Positions 50,882-64,000 of a stretch of 64,000 nt of DNA are shown piece by piece; position 1 is the stretch's first letter, and the number at the start of each line of letters is the position of its first letter. The notes under the pieces were generated by a model that was not told where the DNA came from, did no database searches, and saw only the letters and a list, made by a program, of their open reading frames with translations. This DNA is from Yuukianura sp. NJ FZ-2021. Taxonomy: Eukaryota. The position numbers were made by a program, and so were the translations under genes. The DNA lies in NCBI GenBank assembly GCA_046563655.1, contig CM102284.1, forward strand, positions 8,990,001 through 9,054,000. The letters run 5' to 3'.

Positions 50882-52648
50882 CTATGGACCGGTACTGGAA
50901 TTGGAAACGCTTGACGCTGATGCTGACGATTTGATTGCAACTGTTCCAGCCTGTTTGTGATCCTGTGCCCTCTGTTGTGTGACCATTGCATTCAAGTATT
51001 GCCCCATGTAACCGAATTCGGTTTTGTATTCCTCTGGACTGTCGGGATACTTTTGAGTTTTTAGAATCGGAGCTACGAGTTTCTATTTAGAAAAAAAAAT
51101 AGATTTGAAATTTTGAAAATAGTTGAGTTTTTACAGCGATCAGCTTACGCCAAGTAATTGCTTGATCTTTTGAGCAGCAATTTTATCTGCCTGAGTATGA
51201 CCAACTCCTTCCAGACAAAATTCAATCCTCGTTCCGATATCGCTGATTCTGGGGATGACGAAGACTTTGGTCGGTTCTGTTCCTAGCTCACCAAACCCTG
51301 AGATCGCACCGTAGACAGAAGCTAACGGAGTCTTCTCATTGGTCAATGCTGAACTGAAGACTTGAGTTATCCTTGTCTGAATGTTGTTTGTGGTGGTGGT
51401 GTAGTTTTTGCAAATGATGGCTAACAGTTTCGCAGCGAAATCACGGAGGGCCCAGTGATTGTCAGCTTCAGGTCGAGTGCAGAGCTGTTTACTGACAACG
51501 CAAGTTGTTACACTGGGAATGAGCTCATGGAGCTGAAAAATTAAGCAGTATTGAATGAAGTTGACATTACGAGTGAGATGAATCAACGTTTGGCTTACAT
51601 ATTTCTCCAGGTAGAGCGATGGATTATCCAAGAGAGCCTTGACCATCCTCATCAGGTAAATTAATAGCGCTAACATGTATTGGACGACGTTTACTCGGAC
51701 TCCTTCGGCTATGAATGTGCACAGACGCGGCAGGAGTTCGTAAAGGCCGGGGTCGTTTGTCAAACTTTGCAGTGCTTCCTGTTAGAAATTAAAAGATTTG
51801 TAAAATTCAAATCAATTCACCCTTTTGTTTTGTCGTTTTAGGCTTACCGAGCGACGTGTCTCATCCGAACCGACACATGCCTCTGTGATCTCCTTGTAGT
51901 ACAATTGCTGTTCCACAGAAAGCTCGTGTGTGGCCAGTTGCTTGATGAACACTTGCTCTGAAGTCTTGAACTTGATTGGTTTGCCTACCACTGGAGTGAA
52001 TGGTCCAGCACGCTTGTTTTTGAGACTTCCTTTATGTTTTCCAGCAGGATCAACACTGTCCAGGCGTTGGTTATCCCTTGAAAGCAAAGGCGGATTCTCT
52101 GGAATTGATGGTTGGACTCCTTCTATTGCTAGCCAGTGGGTTCGTATAGAAACGTCCAGCGGCACTTTTGGAAGTGGAGTGTTTAGGAAATCAGCCAGAT
52201 CAATTTCCTTTTCTTCAATGAAATGCAGTTCTCTGCCACCACCGGACACATAACGGAAGGGGACTAGTTCTTCATTATGAACTCCGTATATCGGCTATGG
52301 AAAATCAAAGGAAACATTTAGATTCACTTCATTACTTTTGTTTTTCGAGAAAAAACATGATTAGATGCTGACCTCCATGTTTTTTACTTTCAGGGCATCG
52401 TCAAAGTCGTCCGTTGACAATTTGACTCGTTTCCCTTTCTCCATGAACTTGACGGCATCTTGTAGGATGTGTCTAAGTCGGTAAGTTACGTCTTCAGCCA
52501 ATTCCTTCGCTGCATCATCAGTGATGTGGGAGATACCGATTGATTCCACCATTGCCTTGACTGTTTCTACATAAATCGATGCTCCTACTCCTGTCGATAC
52601 TGTTGCACTTGCACTTGCAGTTCCGTGAGATCTGGGCTTTTCTGCCAT
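50882..52648 (-). CDS. TAF6: TFIID subunit 6
   Basis: Histone fold [12 protein letters not shown]...[61 protein letters not shown]; stop TAG at 50884-50882. Confidence 0.95.
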
Positions 52649-53386
52649 TGCTGATTCAAGAGGATGAGGCAATTCGGAGTCTTCTGTCCCAGTTCCAATC
52701 GATATCGTATGTCCACAACCAACCAATGTCACATCCAATTGTAGAGAATGAAGTAAATACACTGCAAAACAATAAACACCAAAGCTTGTACGTAAATTTC
52801 TACTTTTTTAATATATTGAATTAGTTACATCATGTAACTAACAAGTAGGTTGAAGAATCGTTAGGTTTGCAGTTTACCTTGCCTTCTTCGCCTCCTACTG
52901 CTTGTGCTGGCAGTTGCAGATGTCAATTAATTGATTAATTACTTTACAGAATCACACAATTTAATTTTATTTAGTTTTAGAAAAAATAAAAAACGAGAAA
53001 ATGAAAAACCTCCTTTTTCACTGCTTTTGAAAACCGGCACCAAAAGAATTTTGGAGGGTCGTTCAACATAGGCGCCGCAAAACTTGAAAATTTTCGCATT
53101 TGCAAAAATGTGAGTTAAGTAATTAAGCTATTCTCAAGATCATCCAAACTTCGGTTTTATGGAATTAAAAAATTACCTTGATTATTCTGAACTCACTTGC
53201 GAAAAAATCACGAATTTATTTCATTCCGTTCCTGAGATATGAATTTCCAAAGTTTTTGAAATTTTGGAAAGAGATTTTCCATTGTGGAGTTGAGCCTCTG
53301 CTTTGAAAGTGTCCGGAGCTATGCGGAGATTAGGCGACTCAAAAAGGCTCCTCTCCTTCCTCAATTTTTTTTCCGCTGGCGGCCTT

Positions 53387-54400
53387 CCCATACAAAAATC
53401 GAAAAGGCGGAGAGGGGCTACCTGCCTCTTTGGGCCGTACGATCCCCTGTCTACTTTTGTCCCCTCACAAAGGCCTCCCATGCAAAAGACTGTTTCGAAA
53501 ACGTCCAAAACAACACAAGCAATATTCCGAATTTAGAAAATTCTAAAAATTTCAAACTTGCAGCGATTTATGTGACTCCATCGCTCGACTCAAGTTGTAA
53601 AACACCTTTTCCGATAATTTAGTGCAAAATTTTTGCAAAAAAAACTTATAACCAGAATGTTGCGCATTTTAAAAAATTCAGCAGCTATGTGCAAAGTTGT
53701 AAGTTAAATTAGTACTTGGCAAAGTTGTGACCCCATTAGCATGAAATTCTTCTAGTTAATAAAATTATTAATTATTAATTAGCGTAGATAATATAATTAA
53801 TTAATCAATACTTTATCAATAAAAAAAAGAAGTTGGCTTATTGTCTTATAGGGTATACATGACTAAATTCCGCGTGAGACGGTTCTCTTCCAGCAGCGCG
53901 GGAGAATGGGTGAAATTAGTGTTTGAATAATTTATGTGGTTGGTGTAGCATCTACTCGCACAATTCTTGTCACCCTCTGAATTTGTGTGGTTGGAGTAGG
54001 AGTTACTGCACACCACCCTTGTCACCCACTCTGATTTTGAACTGAAGTTTAACATTGGGGGATAGGCAGAAGGACGGAAAAGTTGACAGGAGATTATGCG
54101 AAGCAAGAAGGCTACACTCCCTTCCCTATCCTTCTCCCGGCACATGCATTCCCATACAAAAAGCAAAGGAGAGCAAAAGATCTATGTCGCCTCTTCGCCT
54201 CGTATAATCTCCGATCTACTTTTCTGCTCTCCCGACCATCTTCAATGTAAAAAGACTCTTCAAAAACTTTCAAAAATACAAGCGCTATTCCGCATTTAGA
54301 AAATTCTAAAAAATTCAAACTTGCAGCGATTTTTGTGACTCCACCGACCTGCTCCAATTGCTTAACAATATTTCGCTTCATGTGGTGCAAAAATTATTAT
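53387..54400. repeat. Two diverged direct copies (~250 bp) of an interspersed repeat
   Basis: TTCCG.ATTTAGAAAATTCTAAAAA.TTCAAACTTGCAGCGATTT.TGTGACTCCA at ~53525 and ~54288, each preceded by CCCATACAAAAA...TCTACTTTT...AAAAGACT (53387, 54151). Confidence 0.75.
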
Positions 54401-54813
54401 CCAATAATCATTCAAAATTTGGTCAAATTTTTTAAAAAACATCCGTTTTTCGAAAAAGTTCTCCTACTTCAGTTTTTCGTTGCGAATTTGATTTATTTTG
54501 CTAATGCTGCAGCAGGAAGTCCACTTTAAATCTTCCACTGCACTACACTGCAGCTTCCATTTTAGGCTAACTAAAAAATTAATTAATTAATTAGCACAAA
54601 CACCTCTGGATTATCAATAAATTGGAACTTTAATGTAAGTTACGGTTATGACATTTTAATTTGTTGACAACCCTTAAAAATGTTTCATTCGTTTGGAAAG
54701 ACATTTCGTTAAAATTTGGTCCGTTTTTTGGCAGTGACGCTTGAGTAATGTAAATGGCAATGAAAGTTATTAAGTTAATACGGTGTCAAGTGTTTTAAAA
54801 CTTGGATATTAAT

Positions 54814-57800
54814 TCAATTGGTTACAATTAGTCTAATTCGTAACGTAAATGGATCTTTTCTGCTCTTTTCGTAGTAAGTTGGATCTGAACTGTAACCAAA
54901 CAGTTCAAGGTCGTAAGTCCGCGGTGTCCTTGTTTTTCGCTTAAAATGAAGGACAGACGGTAGTTCACCGGAGACTTCAAACAGCCCAGATTCATTTCCA
55001 CGTACGATGGAATATCGAATATGATTCTGAAAAAACAACAATTTCAGAAAACTAAAATATACGGCAAATTCAACTGAACTTTTCAAACTTTTCTGGTTTA
55101 GGTTAGGAGAATTTCACCATTTGTTTAACGGCAGGTTGGAGCTGCAGTATTCTGTAGCGAGGACGTGTTTGGTGCATCGGAACTACCAAAATGATTTGAT
55201 CATCCACATCCAAGTGGTGTTTCGATATGACTTCATTTTGTGACCTGTCAAAGGTCACGTTGTTATTCAGAGTTATGGATCTCCTGCTTCGACGACTTGC
55301 CTGTCCTACCTAAAAATTTAACATTCATTTTAGCCTTATTCGTTTAAATTTTGTGTTAAATCTTAACGCCGGTGTTTAACTTACTTTACAAGAAAAGCAG
55401 CCTTCTGTAGCAATGTATTTGTCAGATTTGTCTGCTTCGAACGACAAATCATCTCCGATGTAGGCAGAATATGCTGGTGGGGTAATTGTTGAAAGACAAT
55501 GACCCTAGAAGTTATATTCAGTTGAGATATTTTCAAAAAATGATTTTCGTTCAAACTAACCTGTCCAATGTGACGATACCCGGGTGGACATCCACAAGAA
55601 AATTCAGTCCCATGCGACGAACACCCAAAGGCACACGGAGTTCCAATGCAGCTTCCAGTTAGCTACAACAAAAGATACAAGTCAACTTTTCAACCATTAG
55701 CAGCAGAATTCCAAATTTCAAAACGCTAGAAATTTAGGTGGAAATCTAGAGTATAATACAAGCCAAATTCCATAAAAGTTTTCAAATTTTCAAAAATTCG
55801 TCGATTTTAAGCTCACCAGTTCACATCGGAGAAGGACGGGGTCAAACTGCTGTCCATTTGGACACTGACATTGATAGCTTCCAACTGTATTGCGACATTG
55901 AGCAGTTCCACAAATGTCACCCATGAGACATTCGTCTTCGTCCATGCACTGGTTGTAGTAGTAGTGCTGACTGTAGCCTTCAGGACACTCTGAAAAAATT
56001 AATTTGAGCATTAATTTAATTGCATTTAATTTCTCCTGACATTTCTTTATACTTACGACATCTATAACCTCCAACTGCATTTTGACATCCATGTTGACAA
56101 CGACTGTCTTCCGTACACTCGTCAGAGTCTACGCATCTTGTTCCGGTCGAGTCCGTCGTAAATCCACGAGGACAAATACACCTTTGAAATTAAAATTTTA
56201 CTGTTTTTTGAAAGTCAAAATTTCGAAAATTTCAAAAAATCTTACTTATAACTTCCTAAAGTGTTGATGCACGTTCCAGGGGGACCACAAATTCCAGAAC
56301 CATCTGTGCACTCGTTGATATCTAGAATTTCCAATTTCAAAGCAATTGTATCTCAACCAATTTTGAAAACAGAAAATTGCTCAAAAATTACCTAAGCATT
56401 GATCGCCATTTTGACTAAACCCAGCAGCACAAACACATTTGTAAGAACCTTGAGTATTGACACATTCGTATGGACACGGACGTCCTATTGCACATTCATC
56501 GATATCGCGACAGGTCACTCCATCACTTGCAAGGGCATATCCAGCAGGACACTGTCAAATTCACAAAAATTGACAAAATGCAAACAAATTAATCCAGTAC
56601 GCTGCCTAAAATCTGTCGATTGTCTCTTTACCGTGCACACGAAGGATCCTTCCGTATTCTGACAAATATGTGAACACAATTGCTGATTTTGCTCACATTC
56701 GTTCAAATCTAAAGTACAAAGGTCAAAGGTTACCTTTAGCAGAAAAAATTAAAACTCCAACTTATACGTCAAACATTAAAAAAGTATATTTAAATACCGA
56801 TGCAGCGGGTTCCTGTGCTATCTGGTTTGTAGCCTATAACCATTAGCCAAAAAAATATAATATTATTTTTCAAAATTTCGAATTTATATAATTGTTAGAT
56901 ACATTTCCAGCAACTTGTTTTACCTTTTAGACAAGAACACCGATATGAACCGAGTGTGTTGATGCAGGTTCCATGTTTACACAAATCAGGCAAAACAGAG
57001 CATTCGTCAATATCTGAGAAGCAAAACGAAACTTGAATTTTCATCTTTTTAAGAAATTTTGCTTGACATTAGGTGAAAACCTTGTCCTGCAGCCAAGTAT
57101 CCTTCTTCCATACAAAGTTGGTTATAAATTGGCGAGTCCGCCTTGGGGCAAGGTTCACAAATGGCACGAGCAGACGCTTGCCATGCAGTTCCCATTGTAC
57201 AGCAACACTCACTCTTTGTCGTTTTCGCCACGGCTGTCAAGTTCCTCGCTGAACAGACGCCGTGGATCATGTTGCGAAAACAGAAGCCTTGGCGTTTGTC
57301 TACGAAAAAGTAAATCTGAACTAAAAAATTATATATTTCTGACGCTGTTGCTTGGATTGTTGCACTGACTGGCTGATTACCTATGCATTCTTTGAAATCA
57401 GTAGACGGTTCAAATCCTTCAAAACATCTGAAAGTTTCAAAAAAAAAAGTTTTAAAATTTCAATTTTAAAGTATTTGCGAATTTACAACGAAATTCTCAT
57501 ACGAGCAACGAAATGTTCCTTGAAGATTGATGCATCTTCCATTTTGGCACAAATTGGGATCTGACTGACACTCGTTAATATCTCGACAATCGTCTCCTGA
57601 TCCTACCTTTAAGAAAAACCGTAAAAAGGAAAAATTTCTGCATTATAAACGGTATAAATTTGAAAATTTTGGCTTTTCGAAATTTCAATTTTCATATTTT
57701 TAAGAAAGCAACAGAAACGAATAAGAGTTAGCCTTGTTCATTACCTGCTGAAATCCATCAGGACAAACTGAAAAAGAACACAAAATATTTTTTTGAAGAC

Positions 57801-60800
57801 TCCCGTGTCCAGTTTTTCAAAATTTTGAAATTACGAAAGAACTTACCACACATGAACGATCCGATCAAATTCTTACACAAGAATTTACAGTTATTTGCTC
57901 CAGCACATTCGTCCAAGTCATTACAATGCTTCCCGTCTGGAGCCAGGGCGTAGCCAAAGGGGCATCCTGTATTTTGTCGAAAAACCACTTTAACTTTTAA
58001 GATTCACGGCAATTTTACATATTTCACAACGTCACAACTTGAACTTACCGCATTTGTATGAGCCAACAGTATTGTGACATCTGAAAGCGCATTGGTGACG
58101 ACCTTCTCGGCACTCATTGATATCTTCACAAGCTTGCATCGCACCAGGAGCAAAGCCATCAGCACAGGCTGAAATTTCCAAAAATTCAAACATAAGATTC
58201 AAAAAATCTTGTTTTAGACTGAAAATACAAACAAAACTTGGAAAGCTTTTCAAAAACGAACGCGCGAAACCGATCTTACAACATTCAAATCCTCCTTCGG
58301 TGTTGAAGCACGTTCCATTCCCACAAACTCCGCCATTTTGACATTCATCTTCATCTGTAACCAACAAAATAAATTATAAAACAAAAAACTTTAAATTGTA
58401 ATAAAACTTTATAGCATCTTTTAAAATTAGTTTTGTTACCAATGCATTTTCTCCCGGAATAATCCAGTTTATATCCCGGTGGACATTCACACCGATACGA
58501 GCCGTCAGTGTTAATACACTCTCCACCTTCACAAATGTCAGGCAGAAGACTACATTCGTCCAAGTCTTGACCTGCTGCGTCCCGTCCTTCTCCCTCTGGA
58601 CACAGGTCATCAAACTCCTCTGCCAAAAAGTCCCACAATTTCAGTATTTTTCGAAAATCCAAGTTGTTGATTGACATTGAGGTCAAAGGTCAAGTGTCAT
58701 ACCTGTTCCTATCCTTGGACACTCTTCGCAAGAACTAGAGTAAGCTTTTCCTCCCGTACAACAACAAGATGTTTTGCTTAAGTAGCCCCGTCTTGGACTT
58801 TTGCAAATTGGCCGTCCAAATTGTCCTGCTACAAAGTTCAAAGTTTAATCGAAATTGCACAAGACGGCGAATGCTCCCAGGAACTAAAAATAGCGTTACT
58901 TACAAGACTCTACTTCGTCGTAACAAAATCCTTGACGCGTGTCAGTACATCTTTTACCATCAGGACTCAGCATAAAGTTCGGTGGACATTCACACCGAAA
59001 TCCGCCGTCGGTGTTGACACAAGCTCCGCCAAGACAAAGTTTAGGATTGGCTGCACATTCATTCACGTCTGCAAAATTGGGAAACAAATTCTGCGAATCA
59101 AAATCACCGTTTCAACAAATTGCTGAAAAAGTGCTTTCAAATTCAAAAATTTTCATACCAATGCAAGTATTTCCATCAGGCAAAAGTTCGTAGCCGTTCG
59201 GGCATGAGCACAAGTAGGATCCCATTACATTTTGACAACTTCCTGGAGAGGGGCAAGTATTCGGTACCTTAAAATTTTAAAAACCAAAGGTAAACTTTCA
59301 AAATTCAAAATATTGAAAATAGGAAAACTCACCTCATCGCATTCATTGACATCTCTACAATTTTGGCCATCAGGAGTCAGGATGTATCCATCAGCACATT
59401 GACAAGTGAATGATCCCTCCAAGTTCCTACATCGTCCATTTCGACACTTTCCATTTCCAAACATCATTTGACACTCGTCCTGGAAAAAATTTTGAAACGG
59501 AGCTTTTTTAAGGTCAAGTAAATTCATGATGATTTCAAGTGACCTTACAATGTCTTCACAGTCATTGTTCGGGCTCAACCGAAATCCAGCATGGCAGTTA
59601 CACTTGTACGTACCAAGCATGTTGACACAGGTTCCGTTTCTACATATTCCCTAAAATTTATATAACATATTAGTAAATTGACACTAAAAGTTGAAATGTA
59701 TTCACATACAGGATTCTTTTGGCACTCGTCTAAATCCACACATGAGTCTCTAGTTGTTGTCAATGTAAATCCATTTCTGCAGATACACTGGAAATGTCCA
59801 AGTCAAATTGAAATCTTTATCTCAAAATCGAAAATCGAATTTTTGAAGTTCTACCTGAAAGCTTCCTTGATAATTGTTGCAACTTCCGTAGCTACAAACG
59901 CCTTGCCGCTCTGTACATTCATTGATATCTAACACAAAACAAGAAAAATAACATTTATAGTACATTTATTTATTTATATTTACATTAATTTTTTTTTTTT
60001 TGAAAAACCTTACCCACGCATCTTCTCATGCTGTTGTCCAATCGATACCCTGAAACAATTAGACTTCGAGTTCATCAGTTATAAGAAAAAATGTAACTGA
60101 ACAATACCTTCTGGACATCGACATTCGAAGCTTCCAGGAATATTGATACACTGAGCATTTCCTACACACGGACTTGGACTTTTGCTACACTCGTTTTCAT
60201 CAACACAAGTATGGAGAGCATCGTCATAGTAGAACCCACGGTAGCACTCACATCGAAAGCTTGAAGGAGTGTTGATGCAAATCCCGTTTCGACAAAGTCC
60301 GGGCATCAGAGCACATTCGTCAATTTCTTCTGGTAGCCCTGTCATTGGATTCGTAATTTGACCCGGCTTGAGGCCACACAACAAAGAATACTCCGCTGTT
60401 CAGAACAAAAGGTATGAAAATGCGAACAGTTCCGAAGACCATGTTCCTGAACTTAAAAGGAATTTAAAGTCTACTTACGAGTTCCAGTTTTAGGACAAGG
60501 AAGACAAGCATCACCCCAGGCGGCACCTAACACTCAAAGCATACGTTTGAAATTTGCAAAATTTGAAACTCCACATAAATTCGAAAAAGTACCCATCGAA
60601 CAACAGCACAACATTCTCGTTTGTCGAGTTCCCATTGGCTGAGCACAGAGCAACGTAGTAATGTTGAAGTCCATGAAACACGGTTCTTTCCTCATATCCA
60701 CACATTCTCCTGAAAAAATGGAACTCGTTTTTTCAAGAATTTCGAAAAGCTTCTATTTGGATTTTTCGAAATTTCAAAAAATCAGTGTCTTACTTCCATT

Positions 60801-63800
60801 TGGAAGGAGCATGTACCCCGGACCGCATAGACAATGATATCCACCTTCGTCGTTTACGCATTGCCCAACGCCACAAACTCCAGGATCTTCTATACATTCG
60901 TTGACGTCTAAATGAACAGGTCAATTAGTTAATCAATTTTATAAACTAAAAATTAAAGTTACGTTAATTTTTTAGAAGTATTACCAATGCACATTACTTT
61001 GGTAAAGTCCAAGCGATAGCCAGGGTCACAACCTGAAAGAAATGGAAGACCACGGAACTTCATTAATCTCAAAATTTTGGAGATAAAATTATTAATATTT
61101 TTTTGAAACAACTTTTTCTTACTGCACATGAAACTGCCGAAAGTGTTTGTACATTTGCCATGAGCGCAGACGTGACTCATCTCCTGACATTCGTCAATGT
61201 CCTCGAGTACTACCTAGGCGAGAGTAGGATCGTCATGAATCATGAACATAACAACAGAATAACCTTGATGACCCCGTGGGGGGGCTTACCGTGTTTCCAT
61301 TTGGGCGAAATCCAGAACCTCCAGCACATAAAAAATTGTGGTCATCTGATCCAACTGCTGGACAAGGTTCACAATGTGGTCCCCAACTGACTCCAACGGA
61401 ACAACAGCAACTGGCTCGTGTCATGAGGTCACCTACTGGTCTTGTACACTGATTTCGTCCATATCGCCCTCCGGAATCCAAATAGCACTGACTCTGACGT
61501 CTATCTGTGAAGCAGCGGAGTGTCATTTCAATTTCAGTTTTCAAAATTTTTGAAATTTTAAAAAAAAATCTCACCAACACAAGCGTTTCCGCTTTCTACA
61601 AGGTCATACTCCGGTGGGCATTCGCAGATATAACTCCCTTGCTTATTGATACACGTCCCATAAAGGCCTGCACAAAAACCAACGTCAAAGGTCACTCCCA
61701 GCTACGAAAAATGTAAAAAAAAATCAACTTACACGCATGTGGGCTCTCACATTCGTTTATGTCTGTACAATTGCCTAAAATATTTTCAGAAGTTTTTGAA
61801 ATTTTGAAATATTTTGAAAATAAATTACAAAAAATAAAATTCTGATAGTACCACCACCAGCATCCAGGCGGTATCCAGCATTGCAGGAACAACGAAACGC
61901 TCCCAAGATGTTTTCACAGCGTCCTACAAATTGAACCAAAGCAGATATTTGTTTTTCTAAAATTGGTCAAACTGAAAATTAAAAAAGTTTTCATATTTAC
62001 CTTGAAAACAAATCTCTGGAAAAATGGAACATTCGTCAATGTCAACACAAGAACGTTTCTGTGAATCTTGATTCATGAAACCATGGTCACACTCGCAGAT
62101 GAAAGAACCAGCTTGATTGAGACACTGCCCATGTTCACACAAATTGGGATTGTTGGAACACTCATCAACGTCTTGGCAGTTGTAACCGTCGCCCTCATAC
62201 CCAACGTCACAAGCTGAAAATTTCAAATACCTTGCAATTTCATTTAAAAAGATTCAAAATTTCAAAATTTGAACTTACCACAACGGAATGAACCATCGCT
62301 GTTGATACACTGAGCATCAGGGTGGCAACCGCCATTGTTCACTTGACATTCGTTGATGTCACGGCACGTGACTCCATCTCCAGTAAATCCATCTCCGCAG
62401 TGACATTCGTAGGATCCTTCAGTGTTGACGCAGTCCGCATTATTTGCACAATTGAAATTCCCCATCACGCATTCATCCATATCTGAATCAAAATAAAATT
62501 TCGAAAGTCAATTAAACTGAAGTACGAAACTAAACTAATTTTTAACTTCGAAAAATCTTCTGGACGAACCCAGACATGTTGATCCATCCTGCGACGGTAT
62601 GAGGCCTTTACTGCATTCACATTGGTAACTTCCAAGAACATTTTCACAGCGTCCACCTTCTCCACAAATTAGAGGATCCGCCCGACATTCATCCACATCT
62701 AAATTTAATTAAACCGAATACCCAAATCATTTGATTAACAAACTAACAAGAAACGTTAATTTTAACAAAATTAAATGAAACTCACCTAGGCAAGTGGATC
62801 CATCCGGCGAAGGTAAAAGGCCTTTACCACACTCACTGCCAAAAAAAAAATTAAACAAACTGGTCATCCAGGTCAACAATGGAAAACTTTCGAGAGTTAT
62901 ACATAAACTACATCGGTTTCTGAAGTTTATATTCTAAGTGGCGTCTAGCTTTACCATTGGTAACTACCCGGGACGTTACTGCATTTCCCACCGTTACAAA
63001 CTCTGGAGTTGTCCCGACACTCGTCCACGTCCGTACAAGTTTTACCGTCCAACAGAAGCATGTAACCAGGAGTACACTGGAAAAATCCAACAACACAAAC
63101 TCAAGATTCAAAATTTTCAAGCTTTTGGAAATTTTGAAAAATTAGTCAGTCATCATCTTACAGCACAGACATACGATCCGGGGGTATTGAGACACGCCGA
63201 CTGACAGCCACCGTTATCAATTTCGCATTCGTCAATGTCTTCGCAATGCGCGTGATTACTTCCAGGTTCGTATCCATCAAAACAATCTAAACTCAAAATT
63301 AAAATCAACGTAAGAAAAACCCCGCAAAAAACGTTTTTCGAAATAATTCGCCCAAAAAAATTTTGAACTTGTCCCATTTTAGCTGGACTAACCACATTGA
63401 AAGGACCCCATGATATTTTCACATATTCCGTTGGAACAAATTCCACTTGACCTCGAGCATTCGTCGATGTCTTTACACTCTTGCTGGTTCGGAGCGAGTT
63501 CAAGTCCTGGAGGGCAGTCTGAAATTTACGAATTTACGCATTGAAGAATAGGTCAAAGGTCATGTCGAAACGAGTTTTTTATAGCTTACCGCAGCGAAAA
63601 CTACCAATCGTATTTACGCAACGACCACCACGACACAAGCCCTACGAAAGAGTCCTTGAGTAGATTCCGCGCATCTTAACTTAAGAAGTATGGATCAGAA
63701 TCAAACATGAAAAAAACTTACTGGCGTTCTAATGCACTCGTCGATATCTGAAAAGTAAAACCGCAATTTTATTTTCCATTTTTCATCATTTTAAAATGAA

Positions 63801-64000
63801 TTTTTGAAATTATGTAAAAGCGTACCCATGCAAACTTGCATAGCCATGGTGGACTCAAATCCTTGTTCACAGTCACAAGCGAAACTTCCAGGGACGTTAC
63901 GACAAGTTCCGTTTCCACAAACACCACCCATGATGGAACACTCATTGATGTCTGAACTCAAAGGTCAAAGGTCATCAACATTGACATTTAATTTACCTCA
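54814..64000 (-). CDS. FBN: Fibrillin (3' portion; gene continues beyond the window)
   Basis: Many cbEGF (D-I/V-D/N-EC) exons, four TB (8-Cys) domains, C-terminal GQGHCL...CFSCK and RRSRR furin site, asprosin-like tail ending in TGA at 54814. Confidence 0.95.

Overview
AT-rich eukaryotic, intron-containing DNA. It is probably a compact arthropod genome, inferred from (TTAGG)n tracts and ~60-bp GT-AG introns; the species cannot be determined. Positions 1-8.4 kb look non-coding and hold a tRNA-derived SINE-like element and a 1769-bp non-autonomous hAT-type element (11-bp TIRs, perfect 8-bp TSD) carrying a (CCTAA)n tract and a 26-copy 35-bp palindromic satellite. A gene-dense block follows: HExxH zinc metallopeptidase, GLTP, TMEM17-like, an orphan gene, NOL6, a 4-TM PPxY protein, IFT81, a small S/T/Y/R-rich gene, eIF4E2, CARS1, SCFD1/Sly1, PPCS, Rap2, TAF6 and the 3' part of a fibrillin. 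The most interesting locus is SCFD1 intron 1. It contains the entire PPCS coding exon on the same strand, and SCFD1 exon 1 can splice into that exon in frame. The nested exon and its poly(A) signals are bracketed by complementary sequences (15-bp perfect core plus extension) that could loop it out, a candidate RNA-structure switch between two unrelated proteins. Gene models were spliced by eye and some exon boundaries are approximate.
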